The notes: generated by a model from the letters alone, not told the origin. A DNA stretch of 64,000 nucleotides from Euryarchaeota archaeon UBA88 (GCA_002499545.1 DAME01000025.1:6911-70910); one strand, 5' to 3'. Positions 47,036-57,045 are shown, counted from the stretch's first letter. Numbers and translations: made by a program.

Positions 47036-48252
47036 TGAACCCTAAGACATATCGAAACGATTTCCCAACACTGCGTGAGGACGGAGCTCCGACGTATTTG
47101 GACAATGCATGCGTCACGCTCAAACCGGATTCTGTCGTAACTGCCATCAACGATTATTACACCAAAACGCCCGGGTGTGGAGGGCGTTCTGTCCATCGAT
47201 ACAGCACCCGTGTCTCTCGTTCAACCATGGAGTCGCGCATCAAACTCCAACGCTTCTTGAATGCGGAATCCTCGAGTGAAATCGTGTTCACACGCAATGC
47301 AACTCATTCCCTCAACCAGGTTGCCCACGGTCTTTCATGGGAGAAGGGTGACATCGTCCTAACATCCGACAGAGAGCACAACTCAAACCTCGTTCCATGG
47401 TTACAACTTGAACAGGAACAGGGTGTCGACCATCGAGTGGTTCGCTCACACGAAAACAACACGTTCGATATAGAAGAATTTGAACGTGCATGCAGTGAAG
47501 CCGGTCGACGATTAAAACTGGTATCCATGAGTCAAATTGGTAATCTCGATGGAGTTGAAATTCCGATCAAGGAAGTGGCTGCAATTGCGCATGACCATGG
47601 TGCATTGGTGTGCGTAGACGGGGCGCAATCCACTCCCCACATGAACGTTGATGTTCAAGAACTCGACATCGATTTCTTAGCACTTTCAATCCACAAAATG
47701 TGTGGTCCTTCTGGCATGGGAGCGTTGTGGGGAAGGTACGAACTTTTGGACAATCTTCGAACAATTCAATCCGGTGGCCAAACGGTAGCGAATGCAACAT
47801 ATGATTCAATTGAATGGGCGAAACCTCCGAAGAGATTTGAAGGAGGTCTCGCAAACTTTTCCGGTATGATTGCCGCAGGAGAAGCCATCGATTATCTGTC
47901 TCAATTTAATCTCGATGAAGTGCATGAGCATGAGATTCGATTGAATCACATTATGACAGATGGAATCAAAGACTTGCCTGGTGTTGAAATCATTGGTCCC
48001 AAAGATGCTCGACTGCGCGGCGGTATCTGTTCAGTCCTCATGCATGAACTCGAACCTCACGATATCGCTTTACTCTTAGACGAAGCTGCGGGTGTGATGG
48101 TTCGAAGCGGGCAGCATTGCGTTCATTCATGGTTCAATTCTAAAGGCCATTTGAATGGTTCATTGCGCGCATCTGCTTACCTCTACAACACCGAAGAGGA
48201 TGCACGTCTCTTTGCTGAAACCTTTGCAGAAGCAGTGCACGCATTCAGTTGA
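47029..48252 (+). CDS. Cysteine desulfurase / class V aminotransferase (SufS/CsdA-like)
   Basis: N-terminal FPTLREDGAPTYLDNACVTLKP; PLP Lys in SIHKMCGPSGMGALWG; a conserved Cys-containing region near the C-terminus. 407 aa. Possible ATG at 47035. Confidence 0.8.
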   Translation: MVMNPKTYRNDFPTLREDGAPTYLDNACVTLKPDSVVTAINDYYTKTPGCGGRSVHRYSTRVSRSTMESRIKLQRFLNAESSSEIVFTRNATHSLNQVAHGLSWEKGDIVLTSDREHNSNLVPWLQLEQEQGVDHRVVRSHENNTFDIEEFERACSEAGRRLKLVSMSQIGNLDGVEIPIKEVAAIAHDHGALVCVDGAQSTPHMNVDVQELDIDFLALSIHKMCGPSGMGALWGRYELLDNLRTIQSGGQTVANATYDSIEWAKPPKRFEGGLANFSGMIAAGEAIDYLSQFNLDEVHEHEIRLNHIMTDGIKDLPGVEIIGPKDARLRGGICSVLMHELEPHDIALLLDEAAGVMVRSGQHCVHSWFNSKGHLNGSLRASAYLYNTEEDARLFAETFAEAVHAFS

Positions 48253-48257
48253 TTGCT

Positions 48258-49439
48258 ATGGCCGAAGTTAACGAAGCAGTCGATGAAATTACCCAAACGG
48301 GTTCAGTTTGGGATGGTGTTGAAACACCTCCTCCTTACATCGTTCCAGACTATGACAGAACACTCGAACATGATATCGTCATCGTTCGACGTATTGTAGT
48401 GATATCGCTCACGTTGATTCTACTTTCAGCTGTCGTGTATGTGGGAGGGATTTTTCTCGGCGAAAACGGGTTGGTCGGCTACAGACCTGCTGACTCGGCT
48501 TTGGATTCTCAAGAAATTTATGCAGATCTTGTTCAATTTGATGACGATGAACTGACTGGCAAAGGCGTTCGTGTTTGCATCGTTGATTCAGGATTAGAAC
48601 CAAACCATCCGGATTTGGATAACCTCGGCATCACGCTTTGGAAAGATTTTGTTCTAGACCGGCCCGACGCTTACGACGATGAGGGGCACGGAACCAGTAT
48701 GACTGGGATTTTAGTCGCTGATGGTTGGATGAAAGGTATTGCACCAAACGTCGAACTTCTTGTTGCCAAAGCACTCTCACAAGATGGTTCGGGCAGTGAT
48801 GAAGTTGTGGCAGAGGCCATAGATTGGTGTGCGGCAAATAGTGCAGACATCATTTCGCTTTCACTCGGAGGTGCGCCTGGAATTTTACCGTTTTCATTTG
48901 GTGGTGGAAGGTCATCTGAAGACGCTTCCAACGACGCCATAAATCAGGGAATATTTGTCGTCGCCGCTGCGGGTAATGATGGAGGCGATGACGATGACGG
49001 GGATGTTGCGAGTCCTTGCAGTGTACGAAATGTCATTTGTGTCGGCGGAGTGACGCAATCCGGGACCCACTGGTCGGGTTCTTCCACTGGAGATAACAAC
49101 GGTCGATTACTACCGTTTTTGCTTCCACGTTCCGACCCTAATAAGAAACCTGAAGTCGTCGCTCCGGCTCAATCAGTAGCCGTCATCAATAACCAAGGTT
49201 CGTGGTCGCTGGTGTACGGAACCAGTGCAGCAACGGTGTACGTGACTGGTGCACTGGCATTGTTGCTTGAAAACAACCCTGAATTATCGAATTCGACTTC
49301 CGAAGCCAACATTCAACAAGTGAAGCAATGGATTCAACAATCAAGTCTTCCCGCTGAAGGACAGACCGACCACGATGATGACTATGGGTATGGGCTGCTT
49401 CAAATCAAAGAACTCATTAACGCTGCAAACCAGCAGTAA
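48258..49439 (+). CDS. Membrane-anchored subtilisin-like serine protease (S8)
   Basis: Catalytic triad contexts VCIVDSGLEPNHPDL (Asp), HGTSMTGIL (His) and GTSAATVYVTGALALL (Ser). N-terminal TM helix IVVISLTLILLSAVVYVGGIF. The track start 48249 is TTG, overlapping the upstream stop; the ATG is at 48258. Confidence 0.8.
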   Translation: MAEVNEAVDEITQTGSVWDGVETPPPYIVPDYDRTLEHDIVIVRRIVVISLTLILLSAVVYVGGIFLGENGLVGYRPADSALDSQEIYADLVQFDDDELTGKGVRVCIVDSGLEPNHPDLDNLGITLWKDFVLDRPDAYDDEGHGTSMTGILVADGWMKGIAPNVELLVAKALSQDGSGSDEVVAEAIDWCAANSADIISLSLGGAPGILPFSFGGGRSSEDASNDAINQGIFVVAAAGNDGGDDDDGDVASPCSVRNVICVGGVTQSGTHWSGSSTGDNNGRLLPFLLPRSDPNKKPEVVAPAQSVAVINNQGSWSLVYGTSAATVYVTGALALLLENNPELSNSTSEANIQQVKQWIQQSSLPAEGQTDHDDDYGYGLLQIKELINAANQQ

Positions 49440-50183
49440 TCACTTACGCGTCATCGCTACAAGCGTACCGCCAAACAGTGGCATGAACGCAATATGATGT
49501 GTCGTGTTCGATTTTTCAATCAAACCGATCCAGTGATTGAATCCATCAACCAAAAGAAGGCCATCAGCATCATCCTCGCCAACATCACCCAAGGGCATAT
49601 CTGGTTCAACGGTAAACAAGACACCGTTCGGGGCCATGTAGGGAAGAACCTGTTCTACATATCGGCTACGGATTTCGGACGGCCCGTCCACAATAATTGC
49701 ATCAGCACCGGAGCGAAGTGGTGGATTACCAACTTCAATTCCAGTCGACGACGCAGCCTGCCATGCATTGGTTTCGGCCACCAATGCGTCAACGTTTCCG
49801 ACAACGATGGTGGTGTATGCTTCAGCATCGTGGCGAAGCATCAATCGACGAAGTATCACGGCAAATTTAGCTCCATCTTCAACGAGTTGGTACGTTTCAG
49901 GCTGAAATCCATCGGTTTGGAAAAGGTCGTAAATCCAGGCACTACGGTGCCCAATACCTGCACCAACCTCAATGATGTTTGATGGACGAAGACGACCCAG
50001 AGCGTCTCGTAGACGACGCAGGACAGAACTTGACCAAGTATTCAATCCCATGTGCTGAAGTTGAATGCCTATGTTAGTCGCTATTTCTGGTTCATCACGG
50101 CTTCGAGAGCCATCTGCAGAGAGTAAATGGGCGAGGACGTTTTCTTTTCCGACCTCTCCATCGCCTCCTTGTTCTTGCGACAT
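49440..50183 (-). CDS. Class I SAM-dependent O-methyltransferase (family 3, catechol/caffeoyl-CoA OMT-like)
   Basis: NIIEVGAGIGHRSAWI (SAM-binding GxGxG) and VLAHLL...EPEI...LQHMGLNTW aligning with the OMT N-terminal helix. The start is set at M76 of the track ORF (50183); the longer track ORF overlaps the divergent gene. Confidence 0.68.
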   Translation of the reverse strand: MSQEQGGDGEVGKENVLAHLLSADGSRSRDEPEIATNIGIQLQHMGLNTWSSSVLRRLRDALGRLRPSNIIEVGAGIGHRSAWIYDLFQTDGFQPETYQLVEDGAKFAVILRRLMLRHDAEAYTTIVVGNVDALVAETNAWQAASSTGIEVGNPPLRSGADAIIVDGPSEIRSRYVEQVLPYMAPNGVLFTVEPDMPLGDVGEDDADGLLLVDGFNHWIGLIEKSNTTHHIAFMPLFGGTLVAMTRK

Positions 50184-51060
50184 GGTAACGCCTTTCAGTC
50201 GACCTCCTTCAATTCTCTCCCCCGATGATGAGCCGGTGGCTTCAAACGGGAGAGATACAGCGCCTTCAACGGGGATAGCCGTGGATGAGGATGTCGGAGA
50301 CGAAGATTTCATCGAAGAGGATGAAATTATTCTCGATAATGCGGTTGAGTGTCCGGCATGCTTACAAGTGACTGGGCACCAAATTTTACGAGAAAAAGTG
50401 AAAGGCAAAGGTATTGACTATTTGGTGAAATGCGATGAATGTGGGAACGTTCAGACGGTTCACATCCGACCACCTCCCGTCATGAAAATTCCATTTGTCT
50501 TGACCGAAGGACCACATTCGTACATGGAGTCAATTGAAATTGACGCTGATGAGATGCTTGAATTGGAAGATGTGTTCCGTCATGATGAAAAATTGTGGAG
50601 CATTAACCAAATCGAAATGACCACGGGTAAAATGGCGAAGAGCGCAGAAGCTGGTTTAATCGCACGGGCTTCGGCACTTCGTGCAGACATGGTTCGAGTG
50701 AAAATCACGAAAACTCGCGGTGAAGATTCCACCTCTGATGTGTTAGTGGTTCCAGCGGAAACCAAGTACACAGCAGGGTTTCTTATGGATTTGGATAGTG
50801 AAACTTGGCGTATTCGTGCTATTCATACGGGAAATGTACGCACGCTGCGCGGGACAGTCGAAGCGCCAGAAATTAAGCGCATGTATCTCCATGAACCTCC
50901 TAATCCTGACTACTTTGAACCTCGAACACCACGTGAACGAAGACAAGCGTGGAAAGAAGGCAGACTCGGATACAACCCCGACCCAATTTTACCGAAAGAA
51001 ATCACAAAGAAAGGTGTTACGCCTACGAATAAGCGTAAGAAGAAGCGACCGAGAAACTGA
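50182..51060 (+). CDS. Conserved hypothetical protein with an acidic N-terminus, a CPxC...CDEC zinc ribbon and a basic C-terminal tail
   Basis: ECPACLQVTGHQ...KCDECGN zinc ribbon; C-terminal KRKKKRPRN. The ATG at 50182 overlaps the divergent methyltransferase ATG (CATG). An in-frame GTG at 50281 is an alternative start. Confidence 0.5.
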   Translation: MVTPFSRPPSILSPDDEPVASNGRDTAPSTGIAVDEDVGDEDFIEEDEIILDNAVECPACLQVTGHQILREKVKGKGIDYLVKCDECGNVQTVHIRPPPVMKIPFVLTEGPHSYMESIEIDADEMLELEDVFRHDEKLWSINQIEMTTGKMAKSAEAGLIARASALRADMVRVKITKTRGEDSTSDVLVVPAETKYTAGFLMDLDSETWRIRAIHTGNVRTLRGTVEAPEIKRMYLHEPPNPDYFEPRTPRERRQAWKEGRLGYNPDPILPKEITKKGVTPTNKRKKKRPRN

Positions 51061-52038
51061 TCAGGGACGGTTTGTCCAAGGCATCAAGAAGGCTTTTGCA
51101 ACTTGAGTTCCAATAGTTGGATTTTCTTGGAGGCGTCGAATACTGTATTCATACCACTTCTCACCATACGGAATGTAAACTCGAGTTCTGTGGCCCTCTT
51201 TCGCTAGCTTTCTGCGCATTGGACCCCGAACACCGAGAAGCATTTGAAACTCATATCCGGGCCCCTTCGCATCTCTCTTCTCACCAGCATTACTGCGCGG
51301 GTCGGCTTTGTCAGGCCCCATCCCGCGCGCTGTAAGGGCTGATTTTGCATACTCGATCACAGGGATATCGTGACTTGCAATAGCGCAATATGCACCGGAT
51401 GCCAGCATTTGGTCAATGCATGCATTGGTAGAATCAACAATGTCTTGGTAGGCTGAAAATGAAATCTCTTCTGGTTCGAGGTAAATTCCCTTGCATATTC
51501 GATAATCTGCAGCAGGACCGAGACTTTGTTCAAGTTGCATGATGTCTTCGAGAGTACGGAACAGTCTACCTTGCAGTACGGTTCCCACATTGGTCAAACC
51601 CATGGCGTGGAGGTCAACTACTGCTTGAATGGTAGGGGTTGTCACTCGATGGTCTTCCATGTCGAGTCGAACAAACATGTCGTGCTCATTCGCCATTCGC
51701 ACCAAAGTTTCGATGTTCTCCATTCCCTTCTTTTCGTCGATCAGCAAACCAAAAGCGGTAGGTTTGATCGATAGGTTTGCGTCAAGACCGTTTTCGGTAA
51801 TCGCCGACAAGACAGCGACGTACTCGTCAAGAAAATACTGAGCTTCATCCAGCGTAGTTATTTCTTCTCCGAGTACATCGACAGTGAAGCAGGCACCCTC
51901 TTTGGAAAGTCGGTGCATGATTTTGACAGCATCCTGAATCGTACTACCTGCAACATAGCGCCTCGAGACCCAACCCACAAACCATCGAGGCATACGGATG
52001 GTCATGGCTACGATAGACTTCGAAAACCAGCTTACCAT
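51061..52038 (-). CDS. Proline dehydrogenase (PRODH, PutA catalytic-domain family)
   Basis: YEFQMLLGVR and RVYIPYGEKWYEYSIRRLQENP match the PRODH C-terminal signature. The start is taken at M29 of the track ORF (RRYVAGSTIQDA aligns to the PRODH N-terminus). Confidence 0.75.
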   Translation of the reverse strand: MVSWFSKSIVAMTIRMPRWFVGWVSRRYVAGSTIQDAVKIMHRLSKEGACFTVDVLGEEITTLDEAQYFLDEYVAVLSAITENGLDANLSIKPTAFGLLIDEKKGMENIETLVRMANEHDMFVRLDMEDHRVTTPTIQAVVDLHAMGLTNVGTVLQGRLFRTLEDIMQLEQSLGPAADYRICKGIYLEPEEISFSAYQDIVDSTNACIDQMLASGAYCAIASHDIPVIEYAKSALTARGMGPDKADPRSNAGEKRDAKGPGYEFQMLLGVRGPMRRKLAKEGHRTRVYIPYGEKWYEYSIRRLQENPTIGTQVAKAFLMPWTNRP

Positions 52039-52087
52039 AGAGGCACCGATTGCCTGCCACCGGTGGAGCCTCTTGAGGCTTGTCACT

Positions 52088-53068
52088 TCAAGGGCTGGCT
52101 TTGATTGATTCCAGTAACGCAATGATTGACTTCGAAGTGAGCAGCGGGGCGTTCAATGATGAAAGATGGTTTCGAATAGCCTGTCTCTGCCATCCTTTGA
52201 AGGCTTTTTTATCCATAGAAAAGACAATTTTACCTCCAGGATAGGCGGCTTTGGTCGAAGAAAAAGCGGCATTAATCGATTGTTTCCAATTACCACCAGG
52301 TTCTGAGTTTTCTTCAACTGGTTGTTCAAACGGTAAGGCATATGTTGCTAACATGTGACCAATTCGCAATCCGTGGTGTACTCCCAAGAGGTTTGCACGT
52401 GGTGCATAATGGCCACCTCCCAATGTGATGAGAACTGGAGTTCCTGCGTCGCGGTGCTCGTCCCATGAACCAATACCTGACCCGCCATCCAAACCGATTC
52501 CACGATGAATAATATTCGCAAGCAATTTCGCAGCACCGAAATGACCCCAAGTGTCGGATGTTGAGCCAACTTCGATGAACAATGATGGAACGGTGACCCA
52601 AGGTCCATGGTGAGTGACTTCAAGAGAAATATCGAACGGTTCTCCCAAATCTGTGTCGCTATGAACTCGAATCAATTCTTGCCACCATGAAGCCAAACGA
52701 GGTGATGGTGGAGGTGCATCACCAGATTTCCCCCCATAGGGTGATGTCGATTCCCTGTCGAGATGGGGCACTCCAATTGGATGAAGCGTGAGAGAGGGGC
52801 GACCACTGACTGCTGAATGGCGTGATGGAAAGATGATTTCGCTCACCGATTCTCCGGTGGCCTTCTTCCAGCGTTGTGCAAGGAAATCCTGTGACAATAT
52901 ATTCCCAGGTAGAATCCACATACGTGCATCAAGGTTTGAAAAAGCAGGATACCCCTCAACCATACCTTGCGATGTCCATCCACCGATTTCTTGAAGCGCA
53001 TCGGCTTGGTTTGTCGATGCTATATCGCTTCCGTTTACAGCAATGAGTACCACAGTCTGCCCGACCAT
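52088..53068 (-). CDS. dtdA: D-aminoacyl-tRNA deacylase, archaeal type (DtdA)
   Basis: PSRHSAVSGRPSLTLHPIG, EVTHHGPWVTVPSLFIEVGSTSDTW, LGGGHYAPR and GHMLATYA align closely with Pyrococcus abyssi DtdA (ASRHSS...[50 protein letters not shown]). Confidence 0.85.
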   Translation of the reverse strand: MVGQTVVLIAVNGSDIASTNQADALQEIGGWTSQGMVEGYPAFSNLDARMWILPGNILSQDFLAQRWKKATGESVSEIIFPSRHSAVSGRPSLTLHPIGVPHLDRESTSPYGGKSGDAPPPSPRLASWWQELIRVHSDTDLGEPFDISLEVTHHGPWVTVPSLFIEVGSTSDTWGHFGAAKLLANIIHRGIGLDGGSGIGSWDEHRDAGTPVLITLGGGHYAPRANLLGVHHGLRIGHMLATYALPFEQPVEENSEPGGNWKQSINAAFSSTKAAYPGGKIVFSMDKKAFKGWQRQAIRNHLSSLNAPLLTSKSIIALLESIKASP

Positions 53069-53119
53069 GCTTCATTGAGAGGCGCTCAACTTTTGATACC
53101 TCCTCATGCAAGAATTGAC

Positions 53120-54073
53120 ATGCAACGGGCACGAGGAGTACGCATGACCGGAGAGGTGCCCGATGCGCTTTCATTCCACCCCTCGGTGATTCATCACTGG
53201 GATGGAGGATACATCGGTATTGGAATCGACGGTGAATTGGTGAAATTATCCTCCGATCTCGTCGTTGAAGGTCCCGTTGTAAAGCCATTTCCTACACCTA
53301 TACATTCCTCTACTGTTCTCGGTGAACAACTCATCTTAACCTGGGTTGACCATGAATTGTTGCTCGCACGAATGTCCTCGATTGATTTGAATTCAAAGTT
53401 GCAAAACGGACCTGACCGTGGAGAACTTCGAACTCGTCGAGAAGTGAATGTGGCACTGCATCCAGCAGGAACCGTGTGGTCGCATGTCTTGGACTCTGAG
53501 CCGTTGAGTTTGACGTCGAACAATGAATTCTTCACATTTGTACTGTGGAGAAAGGGAATCTATTGCATGGGGATGGATGCTGGCGAGCACTGGAGGAAAG
53601 AAGAACCAAATTGGCCAGAATTGGGACGGCTTCCATCTGCACAAACCGTTGTGGCTTCTGCCCTTCAAAATGATGAGTTGACGGTTTGGTCGCGTGGAGG
53701 TGGTTTTGCTTCGTACGATGTCAAGACCGGTGAACTGCGCTCCGCGGGTGTTATCGGGTTTCAAGGAATCTTGCAACAGGTTTACTGCACTGCAAAACAC
53801 CAGTTGTTGTGCTATGAAAGTGGAGATGTGCTCTGGGTAGAGGATGGAATTCATCGAGTCCAACAGCGATTCAAGGGCCCAGTTCAGCACGCTCTTTGGA
53901 ATGAGGGGAAGGATGGGTGGAATATCGCTGGATGGAGAGAAGAAGCCATGCTCACAAAAGATAATTGCCTCCAGCGAACATTGGATGAAATTCCTGTCCA
54001 AGTTCTCGAACACAAAGGAAAGCGGCTATTGGTCCTCAACAATGGTACTTTCATCGAATCAAATTTGTCATGA
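53120..54073 (+). CDS. Hypothetical protein with beta-propeller-like repeats
   Basis: Track ORF 52967..54073; the start is moved to the first Met beyond the dtdA start. Repeated W/G-rich beta-strand motifs. No family recognised. Confidence 0.42.
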   Translation: MQRARGVRMTGEVPDALSFHPSVIHHWDGGYIGIGIDGELVKLSSDLVVEGPVVKPFPTPIHSSTVLGEQLILTWVDHELLLARMSSIDLNSKLQNGPDRGELRTRREVNVALHPAGTVWSHVLDSEPLSLTSNNEFFTFVLWRKGIYCMGMDAGEHWRKEEPNWPELGRLPSAQTVVASALQNDELTVWSRGGGFASYDVKTGELRSAGVIGFQGILQQVYCTAKHQLLCYESGDVLWVEDGIHRVQQRFKGPVQHALWNEGKDGWNIAGWREEAMLTKDNCLQRTLDEIPVQVLEHKGKRLLVLNNGTFIESNLS

Positions 54074-54147
54074 AATGAATTCAACACAGATATTTAAAAA
54101 AGCAGCACAGGTGAAGAACTAAATGCTTCAAGTGATGAAATTTACTT

Positions 54148-57045
54148 ATGGAAATGAAGGTTGTGCTCTTGAGCGGTGTCCTCGCATTGTTGATGGTGAG
54201 CTCAGGATTTCTGATCATAGCCAATGAAACAGCAAGCGAAGACGATGGAGAAATCGTAGCTCAAGATGAAAACCAGAACGAACCAGTGAACAATGTACCT
54301 AGCCTCCTCATCGCTTCACAGTTCACCCACCAATGGGACGGAATGAATTCCACAATAAGTGGATTTGTTACCGATGAGCAGAGTAGTTCTTGCTACGTCA
54401 TCGTCATGCTTCTAGATTCAACAAGCCTCGCCCAGGTTGGCGAAACTTTCAATGTGACACCAGACCAAAGCGGTGCATGGTCCATGGCCACACCGTTCTC
54501 GAATCCAGGTACTTGGATTGTGCAAGCTCAAGCCTACGACCAAGAAGGCCAAAGCAGTGATTCTACGATGTCGCAGATAGCCATTGTTGCTCCAGATGAA
54601 AGCGATGTTCTGGTATCTTTTCTCTGGGCTCAACCATTAGAAAATTCCTCGATTGGAACGCTCCAAGGGCTGATGCTTCACATGTTCCCATCGACATGTT
54701 CCGTGGAATACCATCCGCTTGGTCAAAGTCCTGCCAGATTAATTGTCGGTGATACAAATCAAACCAGTGGCCAATTCACTCTACAGGTGAACACCAGTTA
54801 CCACAACACAGTTGGAGACCTCATAGCAGATTGCGGAATGTTTAGTTCCTCATCATCAAGCATACGATTGAACCTTCCCGTACCTCCAGAACCTGAAGGT
54901 GATGAAGACAGTGATGGCGTACTCGATGAATCAGACGAATGTGATAATACGCCACTGGGCGAACCAGTGTATGCGAGCGGCTGCTCAGACTCAGAAACAG
55001 ACACGGACATGGATGGTGTCATGAATGATAAAGACCAATGTCCCAACACGCCGACGTCACAAAGCGTGGATGCGAACGGTTGCGCAGACAGTCAGAAAGA
55101 TACCGACAATGACGGCATCAATAACGTTGCAGACATTTGTCCGAACACTCCCGCAGGGGAATCCGTTGATCTCACAGGATGTTCGGAATCGCAAAAAGAC
55201 GATGACGGTGATGGCGTCACAAATAACCTTGATGAATGCCCAAATACACCTGCCGGTGAGACAGTGAATGCTGTAGGATGTTCAACTGCAGCGCCAAGTC
55301 CAACACCGATGAAAATTCTCGCACTCCATGGTGGTGGAGATTCTGCCTCTGGTTTGGCTTCGCAACAAGGAATGCAAGATTTGATGGATGCACTGCCTGA
55401 ATTTGAGTTCGTTTTCGCCAGCACGCCCGAGAGTGGAAATGTATGGTACCAAGACCCCCCCGGTGGAAAAGGCGAACCAACCACTGACCCAGACTGGGCA
55501 GACCTCGCAATTGCGTATCTCGACCAAAAGGTGATCGATGATGGTCCATTTTATGGTCTGATTGGCTATTCACAAGGTTCTGCAATGATTCCAGTCTACC
55601 TCGCCAACACGGAAAACACGTTCAATAGAGTCATGCTGTACAATGGCTACTTACCAACAACGCATCATGGCCTGATGGACTCCATCGATGATGCCGCTCC
55701 TTTCTCGACGCCAGCTATGATCTTCTCCGGTGAAAACGATGGTGCTTTCAAAGACCTCGCCCCTGCCCTCGCCCAGAAGTTCACTGGTTCGCTCGACCTC
55801 CACAGTCAAACTGCAGGACATCACCTACCGTACGAAAATGACGAGCACTTTGACCAAATACTTACCTTCATTCAAGCGGGAATTGAAACCTACGACCCTG
55901 TCGATTCATGGTATTGCCAAGATGGAACAGGCCCATGGGTCCGTGATGACAATGGAGTCAATGACAACTACAATTCGAACACCAACGGGGTTAGCTCACC
56001 AAATGGTGGAGGGTCCGGACCATGGTTCAAATGCATAATCTCTGTGACCTCCACATCAACGAGTATGACCGCTACGGCCAATGGAATTCCAAACCACAAC
56101 TGGATTTCGGCATTCGGTCCCGGTGATGAACAATCTCACACGTGGCAAATTCCATTGAATCCTGTCAATGATACTACGGGTGGACACAACTCAGCGAATT
56201 GTCCAGCATCAAATGGACGCTGGGAATGCGCTGCTGACCGTGGCCAAATCGCAGTTGCGAGCAATGGTGTGCCGATTTTTGGTCCTGAAGAAGGGCCTGG
56301 TGGTGATGCTGTTGCCCTTGATTTCTTTTACTTTACAGAAGACCGACAACCGATTGATTTAGGCTACTGTGGCGCTCATGCCGGACCGACTGGAGTTCAC
56401 TACCACTGGGACGCAATGTGTCAATATTGGGTTCCTGAAAATGGACAGACAATGGTTGATTATGATTGGTCACTCATAGACTCAAATCAACACTCACCGA
56501 TCATTGGATGGTCCTTTGACGGATATCCAATTTATGGGATGTACACGTGGAATGAAAACGGTGTTGTCCAGGGAATGAAATCGTCGTATGAGATTGATAG
56601 AACCAGCGATGGAGGTGACCAGGGTTACAACGGCATTGATGATTGGACTTACGTTGATGGAATGGGAGACCTTGATGAATGCAATGGAAGGTTTGGAGCG
56701 ACACCCGAATACCCAGACGGAACGTATTACTATGTATCGACACCATTGAGTGGTTCAACCAAGACTGTCGTCGACACGAATGGAGATACGCAACCAATGA
56801 TTGGGTTCCCATACTTCCTTCTTTGCTACCACGGAATTGCAGACGACTCCAATGCTGGCGGGGGCCAGGGCGGCGGCGGTGGCGGCGGTGGATTTATCGC
56901 ACAAACAATCTATCAACACATGCCTGAAGTATTAGAGGATAATTCCGATGAGCGGTCTGTACTCGCACTACTATCGAACAGCACGTGGGTTTGGGTCATG
57001 ATGATTGGAACGCTGTACCTCTACAAGCGTACTGAAAAGCAATGA
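54148..57045 (+). CDS. Secreted multidomain protein: TSP3 calcium-binding repeats, FSH1-type alpha/beta serine hydrolase, YHYH-like Cys/His-rich domain, Gly tract and C-terminal TM anchor
   Basis: Signal peptide; TSP3 repeats (DTDNDGINNVADICPNTPAGESVDLTGCS x4). Hydrolase core ILALHGGGD...GLIGYSQGSAMIP (GxSQG nucleophile)...GENDGAF...GHHLPY (Asp/His). C-terminal GAHAGPTGVHYHWDAMC...DECNGRFGATPEYPDGTYYYV. The protein ends GGGQGGGGGGGGF-IAQ...VWVMMIGTLYLY-KRTEKQ. Confidence 0.8.
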   Translation: MEMKVVLLSGVLALLMVSSGFLIIANETASEDDGEIVAQDENQNEPVNNVPSLLIASQFTHQWDGMNSTISGFVTDEQSSSCYVIVMLLDSTSLAQVGETFNVTPDQSGAWSMATPFSNPGTWIVQAQAYDQEGQSSDSTMSQIAIVAPDESDVLVSFLWAQPLENSSIGTLQGLMLHMFPSTCSVEYHPLGQSPARLIVGDTNQTSGQFTLQVNTSYHNTVGDLIADCGMFSSSSSSIRLNLPVPPEPEGDEDSDGVLDESDECDNTPLGEPVYASGCSDSETDTDMDGVMNDKDQCPNTPTSQSVDANGCADSQKDTDNDGINNVADICPNTPAGESVDLTGCSESQKDDDGDGVTNNLDECPNTPAGETVNAVGCSTAAPSPTPMKILALHGGGDSASGLASQQGMQDLMDALPEFEFVFASTPESGNVWYQDPPGGKGEPTTDPDWADLAIAYLDQKVIDDGPFYGLIGYSQGSAMIPVYLANTENTFNRVMLYNGYLPTTHHGLMDSIDDAAPFSTPAMIFSGENDGAFKDLAPALAQKFTGSLDLHSQTAGHHLPYENDEHFDQILTFIQAGIETYDPVDSWYCQDGTGPWVRDDNGVNDNYNSNTNGVSSPNGGGSGPWFKCIISVTSTSTSMTATANGIPNHNWISAFGPGDEQSHTWQIPLNPVNDTTGGHNSANCPASNGRWECAADRGQIAVASNGVPIFGPEEGPGGDAVALDFFYFTEDRQPIDLGYCGAHAGPTGVHYHWDAMCQYWVPENGQTMVDYDWSLIDSNQHSPIIGWSFDGYPIYGMYTWNENGVVQGMKSSYEIDRTSDGGDQGYNGIDDWTYVDGMGDLDECNGRFGATPEYPDGTYYYVSTPLSGSTKTVVDTNGDTQPMIGFPYFLLCYHGIADDSNAGGGQGGGGGGGGFIAQTIYQHMPEVLEDNSDERSVLALLSNSTWVWVMMIGTLYLYKRTEKQ

